A DNA stretch of 42,023 nt from Ruminococcus sp. (GCA_045533085.1 JAZSHE010000095.1:1-42023); one strand, 5' to 3'; shown: positions 9,906 to 19,555, numbered from the stretch's first letter. Numbers and translations are program-made. The notes: generated by a model not told the origin, from the sequence alone.

Positions 9906-11009
9906 ATGAAGAAATTATTAGTTGTAATCTTATGTTGTGTATTTGCTCTGTCATTTACTGCTTGTTCAGTTGATGAAGCTAAGATCACTGAACCTACCCA
10001 GAAAGTAGCATTTACTTTAACAGCTGAGAAAAAAGAAAAAATAGCCGCAAAGTTGAAAAATTTCGAAGGAATTGTTTATTTTACTCAGAATGGAGAAGTC
10101 CTGTATATCCACGCGAGGGGCAAAGATGAGCTTGGAAATGACCTTACAATTGAATCACCAATGTATATTGGTTCTGTGTCAAAGCAGTTTTGTGCAACAG
10201 CTGTTATGATGCTCAAAGAGCAGAACAAGCTGAGCGTTGATGATACACTTGATATGTATTTCCCTGAGTACGAAATCGGAAAGGATATCACAATCAAAAA
10301 TCTGCTCACAATGCGTTCGGGAATTCCTGAGATGATCGAAAGTAAAGATATGGATTATTTAAAGAATCTGTCAGCTGATAAACCGACGAGTGAGAACCTT
10401 GCTGTTATCAAAGATTGGGTGTTCAGTCAACCACTTGAATTTACTCCTGACACAGCGTATGACTACTCCAACACAAATTACTTTTTGCTCAGCGAAATTG
10501 TAGAGATAGTGTCAGGTCAGGGTTACTATGATTATATAAGATCAAACATTTTTGAACCACTCAAAATGGAACACTCCGGATTTATTGGAGATGTTAAGGA
10601 TAACGAGTTCTTTTCAAGTGCTCTTACATACGACACCTTGTATGACGAGGTGAATGGTATAGAAGGTCTTTTGGATGGTCTTCTCAGCAAAGGTGCAGGG
10701 GATATAGTGTCAACTGCTCCTGATATGGATAGATGGATGACAGGTTTTCTAAGTGGTGAAGTTGTATCTGATGAAAGCTATCGCGAAATGCTAGAGGATT
10801 ATTCACCTGATTGTGGAGATTATTACGGCTATGGCTTTATGGGTCTGTACAAAAAGGGTAAAGGACACACAGGATACATAGGTGATTATTTATCGATAGA
10901 TTATTTTAACGAAGAGTATGGTTGCAACCTGTTTTGTTCAGTTAACAATCTTGATGACAAATATATCAAGATGCCGAATGTGTTTATAGATATTTTGCTC
11001 GACGATTGA
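9906..11009 (+). CDS. Lipoprotein serine hydrolase (beta-lactamase class C/PBP family)
   Basis: Lipobox FTAC; SxxK (SVSK), LLTMRSG, YSN and GHTG motifs. Confidence 0.88.
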   Translation: MKKLLVVILCCVFALSFTACSVDEAKITEPTQKVAFTLTAEKKEKIAAKLKNFEGIVYFTQNGEVLYIHARGKDELGNDLTIESPMYIGSVSKQFCATAVMMLKEQNKLSVDDTLDMYFPEYEIGKDITIKNLLTMRSGIPEMIESKDMDYLKNLSADKPTSENLAVIKDWVFSQPLEFTPDTAYDYSNTNYFLLSEIVEIVSGQGYYDYIRSNIFEPLKMEHSGFIGDVKDNEFFSSALTYDTLYDEVNGIEGLLDGLLSKGAGDIVSTAPDMDRWMTGFLSGEVVSDESYREMLEDYSPDCGDYYGYGFMGLYKKGKGHTGYIGDYLSIDYFNEEYGCNLFCSVNNLDDKYIKMPNVFIDILLDD

Positions 11010-11075
11010 TTTTCTCCACAAAAACTCCATGTTATAGTGGTATAACAGGTACATAAAATTAAAAGAGGGAAAATT

Positions 11076-12734
11076 ATGAAAAGAATTTTGTCGGCTATTC
11101 TCGCTGTGCTTATGGTGGCATCAACACTCGCAGCTTGTGGCACTGAGACCAAAGAACAAGTGGCAGAGGATTTGCCTGAATCGGTTGATTTGAGAAATTT
11201 CAACGGAAAGAATTATGTAACACCAATAAAGCGACAGATGTTCGGCGATTGCTGGGCGTTCGGGATCGCGGGAGCTGCTGAAATCGCATATCTTTACGCA
11301 AACGATATGGGTGTACCTGCGGGAGAAGTGAACGACAAGGTGGACTTTTCCGAGAAGTATATAAACTGGTTTGTCTATGGTGATATCACCGAGGATGATG
11401 TGATGGTTGGCAAGGTTAGAGCCTCTCAGGTAGGTGAGGGCTATGATGCAAGCGAAGCCGAGGAATATATGAAGGACTCTACATACGCTATTGGCGGAGC
11501 CAGCTACTCAGGAGCAAATCTATTTGCGTCAGGTTTCTTGCCTGTTGACGAAAGCACAAGCGTCAATGGTGAATATCCGTATGCATACAGAGGCAAAAAC
11601 AGTGTGGTGGTTGAAGGAGAATTGCAGTACTCTGTTAATGATGATTGGTCTATCCCACGAAACGCTGAGTATCGCAACCCACAGACAGATGCGATTTTAA
11701 GAAATGGTAGCTTCTTGCCACAGATTGCTACATTTGACGAAAACGGCGAATATATATTCAACGAAGAAGGACTCACAGCGATTAAGTCAGAGCTTGCAAA
11801 CGGTCATGGTGTAGCTATCGCAGTTCTTTGTGAGGGTGCGATTAACTACGAGAACTGGGCTGCGTATAATGTGAATGGTATAGCAAACCATGTGGTTACT
11901 GTCGTTGGCTATGATGATAACTATCCGAAAGAAAACTTTACGCGTACAGCTACATCAGGCGAAGTTGTTGAAAACAGCACCCCTCCTCAAAATGGTGCTT
12001 TTATTCTAAAGAATAGTTACGGCGAATGGGGATATGAGCGTAGCGGTTACTACTATATGTCTTATTACGACCATACTATAAGAAATGCAATCGGTTTTGA
12101 ATTTGATAAAAATGATTCTGTTAAGTACAAGAATCCGAACTACGATCAGTATGATATGCTGATGTATGGTATTTGCGGTGTGTTTGACTACGACTGCGAA
12201 ACAAAGACAGCAAACGTGTTTGATGCAGAGGAAGATGAATCGCTTTTTGCGATTGAGTACAAAACATACTCTCCTGATATCAACGTGCATTACGAGATTT
12301 ATAAAAATCCGAAAGATGGCACTCCTGACTCTGGTGAACTGCTCGAATCGGGCGATGCTGTCCACAAATGGAGTGGTTACCATAAGATTGACCTTGACCA
12401 CGAGTATAAGCTCAAAAAGGGTGATAAATACTCTGTCGTATTAACAATGACATATACAGACAGCAGTAAATCTTCACATTACACTGAGGTTGTTGCGTAT
12501 GCTAATGATATGAAAATAGGAGCAAAGGCAACAGGTGTTATCAACGAGGGCGAAAGCTATCGTTTTACAGACGGAAAATGGACTGATTTGAGTGAGCTGA
12601 TAAGTGAACTCAAAGAAGCTCTGTATGAACAGAACCAAGAAATAAATATACCTGATGCTTTTAAAGCTCACGGTGTAGATGAAATCGCTGTTGATAACTA
12701 TCCTATTAAAGCGATGCTTAATCCCGAAAAATAA
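11076..12734 (+). CDS. Lipoprotein C1A cysteine peptidase with C-terminal lectin-like domain
   Basis: Lipobox LAAC; QMFGDCWAF, NHVVTVVGYDD and KNSYG motifs. Confidence 0.87.
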   Translation: MKRILSAILAVLMVASTLAACGTETKEQVAEDLPESVDLRNFNGKNYVTPIKRQMFGDCWAFGIAGAAEIAYLYANDMGVPAGEVNDKVDFSEKYINWFVYGDITEDDVMVGKVRASQVGEGYDASEAEEYMKDSTYAIGGASYSGANLFASGFLPVDESTSVNGEYPYAYRGKNSVVVEGELQYSVNDDWSIPRNAEYRNPQTDAILRNGSFLPQIATFDENGEYIFNEEGLTAIKSELANGHGVAIAVLCEGAINYENWAAYNVNGIANHVVTVVGYDDNYPKENFTRTATSGEVVENSTPPQNGAFILKNSYGEWGYERSGYYYMSYYDHTIRNAIGFEFDKNDSVKYKNPNYDQYDMLMYGICGVFDYDCETKTANVFDAEEDESLFAIEYKTYSPDINVHYEIYKNPKDGTPDSGELLESGDAVHKWSGYHKIDLDHEYKLKKGDKYSVVLTMTYTDSSKSSHYTEVVAYANDMKIGAKATGVINEGESYRFTDGKWTDLSELISELKEALYEQNQEINIPDAFKAHGVDEIAVDNYPIKAMLNPEK

Positions 12735-12797
12735 ATGAAATAAAGATATAAGAAATTCCACCTCATAAAAAGTTGATATTTCGACATTATCCACGAT

Positions 12798-12885
12798 AAA
12801 CACCCATCAGTTTTGATGGGTGTTTGTATTTGTATGAAAGTTGCAATACCAAAAACAGCCAAGGGAATACCTTTGGCTGTTTTTG
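12798..12885. terminator. Two tandem hairpin terminators
   Basis: AAACACCCATCA..TGATGGGTGTTT (12798-12825) and CAAAAACAGCCAAGG..CTTTGGCTGTTTTTG (12850-12885). Confidence 0.75.
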
Positions 12886-13007
12886 TTTGTGTATGTATTC
12901 TGTTATAGCTCAAGGTGTTCAGGAAAAGCCTCTTTACGCATAATACCCCACATTTTGTCAATGTAGGATAGAGTGTAGAAGTTTTCACAAGTCAGTCATT
13001 TGCCTAG

Positions 13008-13038
13008 TCAAAATCTGAACTGCATAATCAAAGAATAG
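13008..13038 (+). repeat. 32-bp boundary repeat, copy A
   Basis: TCAAAATCTG-aactgca-TAATCAAAGAATAG. Confidence 0.85.
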
Positions 13039-13048
13039 CGAGTGAAAA

Positions 13049-13711
13049 TTATCTCTTGTCTGTTATCTTCTTTTCTATTCTTAAACAAGCTTCGATATGC
13101 ATAATCCAATGTCGTGAGAATGGCATCTGAATAAGTCCGCGTATATCCTTACCGAACCAGTAGTCAATCAGCCACAACGCATCCTCGCTATCGCTGACTA
13201 CATTGAGCTTTTCAAGTTTCTGTCTATGTTCGCTTGTTATTTTGGTTTTCAAATCCGTGAATCTGAGTGACATTAAGATATCTTCAGTAGACTTACTGAC
13301 ATCGCTGATGTAGTTAAATAACTCATCAATATTGAGAGACCTAGAAAACTCTGAAATCTCATCAGCGCTAAGCTCGTTACCCGTTGTAATTATAGGTGAG
13401 TTTGTTCGCGTTTCATAATCATTTGCAAAGAAAACCTGTTCATCACCTTTGATAAGTGTATGAGCTACAATATCTTCAATACGGAAAATGTGCCACAAGG
13501 AGTATGCAATACTTTTGCTGTGATATCCTTTTGCGTTTCTAAAAGGCATACTGCATAAATCTTCATCAGTAAGGTGCTCTTTGAGTTCTAATATTCTATT
13601 GAGCATGCTTTTGCGAAGATTCAAAAGTGTTTGTATACCCGTGTAAAAAGTATCACTTTTTTTGAGGTATACTTGCACCGATTTATTAAGTTCAGACCAC
13701 TCTTTGTTCAT
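13049..13711 (-). CDS. DinB/YfiT-like putative metalloprotein
   Basis: SIAYSLWHIFRIED and RHWIMHIE His motifs. Own promoter TTGACA-17-TACACT at 13770-13742. Confidence 0.7.
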   Translation of the reverse strand: MNKEWSELNKSVQVYLKKSDTFYTGIQTLLNLRKSMLNRILELKEHLTDEDLCSMPFRNAKGYHSKSIAYSLWHIFRIEDIVAHTLIKGDEQVFFANDYETRTNSPIITTGNELSADEISEFSRSLNIDELFNYISDVSKSTEDILMSLRFTDLKTKITSEHRQKLEKLNVVSDSEDALWLIDYWFGKDIRGLIQMPFSRHWIMHIEACLRIEKKITDKR

Positions 13712-13771
13712 GCAATCACCACACAAATCACTTATGTAAAAAGTGTAGCTTAGTGAGTGTTCATTGTCAAG

Positions 13772-13803
13772 CCAAAATCTGCACAGCTTTAATCAAAGAA
13801 TTG
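13772..13803 (+). repeat. 32-bp boundary repeat, copy B
   Basis: CCAAAATCTG-cacagctt-TAATCAAAGAATTG. Confidence 0.85.
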
Positions 13804-13874
13804 ATGACATTTAAAATTTGATGTGATATACTAAAACATAGCATTCTTGAATAATAAAAGTAAAAGGTGATACT

Positions 13875-14405
13875 ATGAACTTCAAAGAAATCGCAGAAAA
13901 CAGGCAGTCATGCCGAGCATATAACAGTGAACGTATGGTAGAGAAAGAAAAGCTCGACGCAATTTTAGAGGTAGCAAGGTTTTCGCCATCCGCTTGCAAC
14001 GGTCAGCCTTATCACATTACAGTGTGTACTGGTGAAACAGCAAAGAAGGTTGCAAAAGCAACTCAGGGAATGGGACTTAACAAGTTCGCACCTGACGCAC
14101 CTGTCTTGCTCGTAATCTCCGAAAAGCCTTATGTTAAAACCGCAGCTCTCGGTGCAAAAAGAAAGAAGAACGACTATCGTTCAATGGATATCGGAATTCT
14201 CACTGCGTACATCACGTGTGAGGCTACTGCACAGGGTTTGGGGACTTGTATCCTCGGTTGGCTTGACGATGAAAAAATCCGTGAGCTGTGCAATCTTGAC
14301 GGCACAGTGCGACTTGTAATCACCCTCGGTTATGCAAAGGACGACGACAAACTCCGTACCAAAAAGCGTAAAGATATAGACGAACTCGTAAGTTTTATCG
14401 GATAA
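13875..14405 (+). CDS. Nitroreductase-family protein
   Basis: RQSCRAY, SPSACNGQPY and GLGTCILG motifs. Confidence 0.92.
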   Translation: MNFKEIAENRQSCRAYNSERMVEKEKLDAILEVARFSPSACNGQPYHITVCTGETAKKVAKATQGMGLNKFAPDAPVLLVISEKPYVKTAALGAKRKKNDYRSMDIGILTAYITCEATAQGLGTCILGWLDDEKIRELCNLDGTVRLVITLGYAKDDDKLRTKKRKDIDELVSFIG

Positions 14406-14440
14406 ATAAAGCTTAAGTTACCGAGAAAGGGAAGATCATA

Positions 14441-14824
14441 ATGAACACATTTGATAATACCAAATACGAATCAGAAGTAAAAGAACGCTTCGGCAAAACA
14501 CAAGCCTACAAAGAGTTTGAGCAGAGAACAGAAAACCACACAAAAGCTGATTTTGCAAATTCCGCCGATGGTTTGGATAAAGTGATGAAGAAGTTTGCAG
14601 ATTGCAAAGTTGACGGACAAACTCCAGATTCAGAAAAAGCTCAGGCTGTTGTTAAAGAACTGCAAGACTTCATCACAAGTAACTTCTACACTTGTACCGA
14701 TGAAGTCCTAAAAGGACTCGGACAAATGTATGTTGCCGATGAACGCTTTAAAGCTAACATCGACAAACACGTTGTCGGCACTGCTGAATTCATATCTAAA
14801 GCCATAGAAATCTACTGCAAATAA
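14441..14824 (+). CDS. Stand-alone TipAS antibiotic-recognition domain protein
   Basis: EVKERFGKT, GLGQMYVADERF and GTAEFISKAI match the TipAS domain; no MerR HTH. Confidence 0.85.
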   Translation: MNTFDNTKYESEVKERFGKTQAYKEFEQRTENHTKADFANSADGLDKVMKKFADCKVDGQTPDSEKAQAVVKELQDFITSNFYTCTDEVLKGLGQMYVADERFKANIDKHVVGTAEFISKAIEIYCK

Positions 14825-14865
14825 CGATAATCACAACTTACGTTGTATATAACAGAGGTGTTAAA

Positions 14866-15384
14866 ATGGATTTTGAAAAACTGATTGATGAGCGATATTC
14901 CGTGCGTAATTTCAAGCCTGAACATTTACCTCAGACGGTGATTGATAAAATCCTCGAAGCAGGGCACAAAGCACCAACAGGCTGTAATTATCAACCACAG
15001 AGAATACTTGTTTTGAATACGGATGAATCTATCGAAAAGCTGAAAGAGTGTACTAAATGTCATTTCAACGCACCAACTGCTATGCTTGTTTGCCATAATA
15101 GGGATGAAAGCTGGAAACGTGTGTATGACGGTGCACTTTCTTCTCCTGTTGATGCTGTGATTGTCACAACATATATGATGCTAGCAGCTCAGAACGAAGG
15201 GGTTGGCACCTGTTGGGTTATGCATTTTGACCCTGCTAAGATGTGTGAAACTTTCAGTATTCCTGAAAACGTTGAGCCTGTCGCATTGCTTGTTATGGGT
15301 TATCCATCAGATGATGCAAAACCACTCGACTTGCATTTTGAATCCCGACCAATTGACGAAATAGTCACCTACGATAGTTTTTAG
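14866..15384 (+). CDS. Nitroreductase-family protein
   Basis: RYSVRNF, APTGCNYQP and GVGTCWV motifs. Confidence 0.92.
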   Translation: MDFEKLIDERYSVRNFKPEHLPQTVIDKILEAGHKAPTGCNYQPQRILVLNTDESIEKLKECTKCHFNAPTAMLVCHNRDESWKRVYDGALSSPVDAVIVTTYMMLAAQNEGVGTCWVMHFDPAKMCETFSIPENVEPVALLVMGYPSDDAKPLDLHFESRPIDEIVTYDSF

Positions 15385-15390
15385 TAAACC

Positions 15391-15418
15391 AAGGCGGAGA
15401 GCTTCCCTCTCCGTCTTT
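15391..15418 (+). terminator. Intrinsic terminator
   Basis: AAGGCGGAGAG..CTCTCCGTCTT hairpin with a downstream T-rich run. Confidence 0.7.
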
Positions 15419-15649
15419 AATTTTTTATCACTTACTTCATCAATCATAAATGAGTGATGAAACGATAGTTCAGAATCCAATCCGTTAGTCTCGAAGATTA
15501 GAGTATAGGTAACTCGCGCACCTATACTCATTTTTATTTGTCTATATATCCTTGAAATAATGGTGTTTATGTTTTATTATAAAAAGAACATAGACAAACT
15601 TTTTACGATACTGATGATACAATAATAACGCAGAGACGGGGATGCAGAT

Positions 15650-16828
15650 ATGAAATATAAAAATGCAGGAGCAATTCTTCCTAGTGAGCTGATTGAAGAA
15701 ATCCAGAAATATATTCAGGGTGAGTTTTTATACATTCCTAAAAAGGATAAGCAAAGAAAAAGGGCTGTCACCGAGTACAAAATTGAGCTTGAAAAACGAA
15801 ACAACAGAATCTACAAAATGCACCTCGAGGGAATGAGCAACGAGCAGTTAGCTCGAAATTTCAGCTTGGCTCAGTCGAGTATCAGAAGAATAATTATTGA
15901 GCAAAGGAAAAGGTTTGAGATTATGTCAACTAAAATTAATTCCTTGTTGCCACACTGGGGTTTGCAAAATGAAAACATAACGCAGATTTATTCGTCTGTA
16001 TGGCAGATTGGCGAAAGCTATGTGCTGAAAGTATATGACGAACCTGAGTCTCTAAAAAGAAATATTACGATAAATCAGCACTTGCACGATATGGGCATAC
16101 CTGTCGGTAAGCTCATATACACCTCAAAAGAAGAACAGTACATAGAAGCTGACGAACAGTATTTCTTTGTGTCGGAAAAGCTTTCGGGAAGTAATATCAT
16201 CAGCCTGAAATTCGGAGATAAAACAGCCGAGATAATGGGCGAAATTATTGCAAATTTGCACATTGCGTTTGAAAGTCTTGAAAGTAAGACTGAGGTCTGG
16301 GACAATAGCTTGTTGTGTGAGATGAATGGTTGGGTGAAGGAAAGCTTTGAAAAAAGCGGATGGCAGAATCTGAGCTGTGACGACTACGAAATGGTTGTTG
16401 AAAATCTTGAAAAGTTCTATGAAAAACTGCCTGCACAGCTTATTCACAGAGATGTACATTTTGGCAACTTTCTTTTTGATAAAGGAAATTTCAGCGGTTA
16501 CATAGATTTCGATTTAAGTCAGAAGAACGTCAGGATTTTTGATTTGTGCTATTTTGTTCTGTCGGTTTTATCCGAGAAAGAGAAGTTTGAAATTAATGAG
16601 ATAAAGTGGTTCGATTTCACAAAAAATGTTTTTGCTGGTTATAGCAAAATCTTACCTCTTACTGCAGAACAAAAAGGAACTGCGGTATTTGTTATGGAGT
16701 GCATCGAGCTGTTGTCCCTAGCATATTTTGAGGGGCAGGAAGACACCGCTCTGGCAAAGAGCACATACGATGTTTTCAAATTTATCAATAAAAACGAAAG
16801 AAGAATCACAAGGCTATTACAAAAATAA
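15650..16828 (+). CDS. Fusion of a CD3324/Mor-like HTH domain with an APH/choline-kinase-family phosphotransferase
   Basis: N-terminal MKYKNAGAILPSELIEEIQKYIQGEFLYIP...LARNFSLAQSSIRRII; kinase motifs IHRDVHFGNFL and IDFD. Confidence 0.82.
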   Translation: MKYKNAGAILPSELIEEIQKYIQGEFLYIPKKDKQRKRAVTEYKIELEKRNNRIYKMHLEGMSNEQLARNFSLAQSSIRRIIIEQRKRFEIMSTKINSLLPHWGLQNENITQIYSSVWQIGESYVLKVYDEPESLKRNITINQHLHDMGIPVGKLIYTSKEEQYIEADEQYFFVSEKLSGSNIISLKFGDKTAEIMGEIIANLHIAFESLESKTEVWDNSLLCEMNGWVKESFEKSGWQNLSCDDYEMVVENLEKFYEKLPAQLIHRDVHFGNFLFDKGNFSGYIDFDLSQKNVRIFDLCYFVLSVLSEKEKFEINEIKWFDFTKNVFAGYSKILPLTAEQKGTAVFVMECIELLSLAYFEGQEDTALAKSTYDVFKFINKNERRITRLLQK

Positions 16829-16843
16829 AAAGGAGAATTACAG

Positions 16844-17689
16844 ATGTTAAAAATTACAGATAATTTTGATTTACAGGATGTTTATGACTTTCAGCTTGGA
16901 TTAAAAACACCATACTTTTTTTGCGTAAGTTTTGATACTTGGAAGAAGTCATTTGAGGAAGATATCGACGGCGAAGGCAGAGTGTTGTTTAATGAGCTTG
17001 ATGTAAAAGCTGTTTATGATGAAGATGTGCTTTTAGGCTTTGTTCAGTACGGCAAAACTGCATTTGGATTTGCAGACAATGGCGAGATTTCAAGCGAAAT
17101 TTCTTACCCTATCATCTGCAATCTTTATTTCAAAGAAGACAGAGCAGATGCAGGAGAACTGCTTTTAAACGAAGCGATGAAAAGCTTGGGCGAAGAGAAC
17201 AGAGTTTATGCGTTCTTCCATTACTTTGGTATGACTTGCTTTGCACGACACGGCAAGCTATTTGAAAATCACGCTCATATTGAAGCTTTGCTTAAAGTTA
17301 ACGGCTTTGAACTTGAACACGAAAATGTGTATTACTCATCTGTTTTAAGTGAGAGTGAAAATTCAGAGGTAGTTCTAACCGCTAACGATTTGACAAAGGG
17401 CAATCAACAGTACATTGATTTTAAAATCGACGGAAATCAGGTAGGCGGTTGTGAGGTGCATTATCTTGATGACACCACAGCATACCTTCGTTGGATATAT
17501 GTAAACGGTGATATCGTGGGCAAGGGTATCGGCACAAAATGTATGACTACGTTAAAGAGCTTTTTATACGAAAAAGGTATCAGAAGATTCGACACCGACA
17601 CAGCTCTTGATAACAAAATTGCTCAGCATTACTATGAGAAAAACGGCTTCATCCGTGAGGGAATTACCAGAAGCTACTATACAGCCTGA
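16844..17689 (+). CDS. GNAT-family acetyltransferase
   Basis: C-terminal GKGIGT acetyl-CoA motif and N..AQHYYEKNGF. Confidence 0.85.
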   Translation: MLKITDNFDLQDVYDFQLGLKTPYFFCVSFDTWKKSFEEDIDGEGRVLFNELDVKAVYDEDVLLGFVQYGKTAFGFADNGEISSEISYPIICNLYFKEDRADAGELLLNEAMKSLGEENRVYAFFHYFGMTCFARHGKLFENHAHIEALLKVNGFELEHENVYYSSVLSESENSEVVLTANDLTKGNQQYIDFKIDGNQVGGCEVHYLDDTTAYLRWIYVNGDIVGKGIGTKCMTTLKSFLYEKGIRRFDTDTALDNKIAQHYYEKNGFIREGITRSYYTA

Positions 17690-17697
17690 TTTGCACA

Positions 17698-17729
17698 TCA
17701 GAATCTGACCAGCAGTAATCAAAGAATAG
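17698..17729 (+). repeat. 32-bp boundary repeat, copy C
   Basis: TCAGAATCTG-accagcag-TAATCAAAGAATAG, 8 nt after the GNAT stop codon. Confidence 0.85.
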
Positions 17730-17752
17730 AGAAAGCTAAACATATCGGTATG

Positions 17753-17782
17753 ACAAGGAGGGTAAAATCTCCTTGTTTTTTT
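17753..17782 (+). terminator. Intrinsic terminator
   Basis: ACAAGGAG...CTCCTTGT followed by a T-tract. Confidence 0.75.
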
Positions 17783-17787
17783 ACAAA

Positions 17788-17846
17788 ACACATTGACAAG
17801 TGTCTATGTGTATGTTATAAGTATATATAGACAAATATCTATGTGA
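17788..17846 (+). promoter_or_regulatory. arsR promoter with two ArsR-type operator palindromes
   Basis: TTGACA-17-TATAAG overlapped by ACACATTGAC-aagt-GTCTATGTGT and followed by ATATATAGAC-aaat-ATCTATGTGA. Confidence 0.75.
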
Positions 17847-17856
17847 GGTGGATGAA

Positions 17857-18132
17857 ATGAACACAACAGATGTAGCTCTTATTTGCAAAGCACTCTCGGA
17901 TAACAACCGTTTGCAGATTGTTCAGATGTTATCTGGTGGTGAAAAATGCGGTTGCAAATTGCTGGAAGCTTTTGATATTACACAGCCAACGCTTTCTCAC
18001 CATATGAAAATTTTATGCGAATGCGGACTTGTAAACAGTAGAAAAGAAGGCAAGTGGCATCACTATTCCATAAACACGGATGGATGGAATGAATTTTATG
18101 GGTTTATAAAAACTATTGGAAAGGTGTGCTAA
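17857..18132 (+). CDS. ArsR/SmtB-family repressor
   Basis: KALSDNNRLQIV, EKCGCKL (metal-binding CxC) and QPTLSHHMKIL. Confidence 0.93.
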   Translation: MNTTDVALICKALSDNNRLQIVQMLSGGEKCGCKLLEAFDITQPTLSHHMKILCECGLVNSRKEGKWHHYSINTDGWNEFYGFIKTIGKVC

Positions 18133-19076
18133 ACGTGGAAGAAAGAGCAAAGAAAATTATTGACGCTTGTGTAGAAGAAACGAGCAAAAACCCGATAGAG
18201 ATATTTTATAATATAGCAAGCAAGGATTTTGTCAGAATCCATGGACCTGAGCACCATGTGTTAGATGGTGCAGCTCTGCTCACTGCTTTTTATAACGCAG
18301 GTGGAGAGATTAACTTGGCTGAAAGTTTAACCGAGCTTATGAAAAGAGGAATACAGATGCCTGGTGCAACCTGCGGTATGTGGGGTGTTTGCGGTGCGGT
18401 CAGCTCGATGGGTGCAGCTTTGTCTATTATAGACGGCACAGGTCCGTTGAGCACTGATACTTCGTGGGGAAAGCACATGGAGTTTACCTCAAAAGCACTG
18501 CATAGCTTGGCACAGGTTGGCGGTCCGAGATGTTGCAAAAGGGATGCGTTTTTGAGCTTCCAAACAGCGATTGAGTTTATAAACGAGAACTACGATGTGC
18601 AGTTAGAAAGCGGTAGCATTGAATGTCATTTCAGCGAAAAGAACGCACAATGCATCAAAGAAAAGTGTCCGTTTTATAAAAAGCCGAAGAAAAAGGTGGC
18701 GTTTATCTGCGTGCATAATTCTTGTCGTAGTCAGATTGCAGAAGCTTTGGGAAAGCACTTGGCAAGTGACGTGTTCGAGTCATATTCTGCAGGAACTGAA
18801 ACGAAACCTCAAATCAATCAGGACGCAGTTCGCATTATGAAAGAGCTGTACAAAATTGATATGGAGCAGACACAGTATTCAAAGTTGATTACGGATATAC
18901 CAAGCGTAGATGTAGCAATTTCGATGGGTTGTAATGTGGCTTGCCCGTTCATCGAAAGAGGATTTGATGACGATTGGGGACTAGAAGACCCGACAGGAAA
19001 ATCCGACGAAGAGTTCAAGAAAATAATCGCTGAAATCGAGCGTAGAGTTTTAAGACTTAAAGATGAACTGGTGTAG
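18126..19076 (+). CDS. DUF5714-like Cys-rich domain fused to an arsenate reductase (ArsC, LMW-PTP fold)
   Basis: N-terminal HGPEHH, CGMWGVCGA and GGPRCCKR; C-terminal FICVHNSCRSQIAE, MGCNVACP and WGLEDP. Confidence 0.85.
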   Translation: MLNVEERAKKIIDACVEETSKNPIEIFYNIASKDFVRIHGPEHHVLDGAALLTAFYNAGGEINLAESLTELMKRGIQMPGATCGMWGVCGAVSSMGAALSIIDGTGPLSTDTSWGKHMEFTSKALHSLAQVGGPRCCKRDAFLSFQTAIEFINENYDVQLESGSIECHFSEKNAQCIKEKCPFYKKPKKKVAFICVHNSCRSQIAEALGKHLASDVFESYSAGTETKPQINQDAVRIMKELYKIDMEQTQYSKLITDIPSVDVAISMGCNVACPFIERGFDDDWGLEDPTGKSDEEFKKIIAEIERRVLRLKDELV

Positions 19077-19117
19077 TGATTATCAGAAGAAAGTATATTT
19101 AAGACAGGAGAATTCTT

Positions 19118-19555
19118 ATGAATCATATAGAATTAGCAAATTACTATTTTGAGCAGAAGTTTCATTGCTCACAGGCTGTGCTTGCGGCATTTGCAGGAGA
19201 GCTTGGATTGAGTGAAGAACAAGCGTTAAAGTTAGGTGCTTGTTTCGGTGGCGGTATGTGCAAGGGCGAAGTGTGCGGAGCTTGTACTGGAGCGTTGATG
19301 GCGTTAGGATTAAAATACGGTCAGTTTGATGTTACTGATGTAGCGAGCAAAGAAATGACAAACGAAGTCGCAGTGCAGTTTCTTGAAATGTTCAAGAAAG
19401 AAAACGGCTCTTACATCTGCAAGGAACTGTTAGGCTGTGATATAGCAACATCGGACGGCAAACAGTACGCAGTTGAAAACAATCTGTTTGTTAAGTTTTG
19501 TCCTAAGATGGTTCAGTCAGCTACAATTATTGCTGAAAAATTACTTAAAGGTTGA
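19118..19555 (+). CDS. C-GCAxxG-C-C family putative redox protein
   Basis: HCSQAV, FGGGM, CGACTG, ICKELLG and FCP motifs. Confidence 0.9.
   Translation: MNHIELANYYFEQKFHCSQAVLAAFAGELGLSEEQALKLGACFGGGMCKGEVCGACTGALMALGLKYGQFDVTDVASKEMTNEVAVQFLEMFKKENGSYICKELLGCDIATSDGKQYAVENNLFVKFCPKMVQSATIIAEKLLKG

Noticed and set aside
9906-11009. Bona fide beta-lactamase resistance gene
   Set aside because: The motifs only place it in the broad serine hydrolase/PBP family.
13049-13711. Prophage structural gene
   Set aside because: His motifs fit a DinB-like fold, and there are no phage genes nearby.
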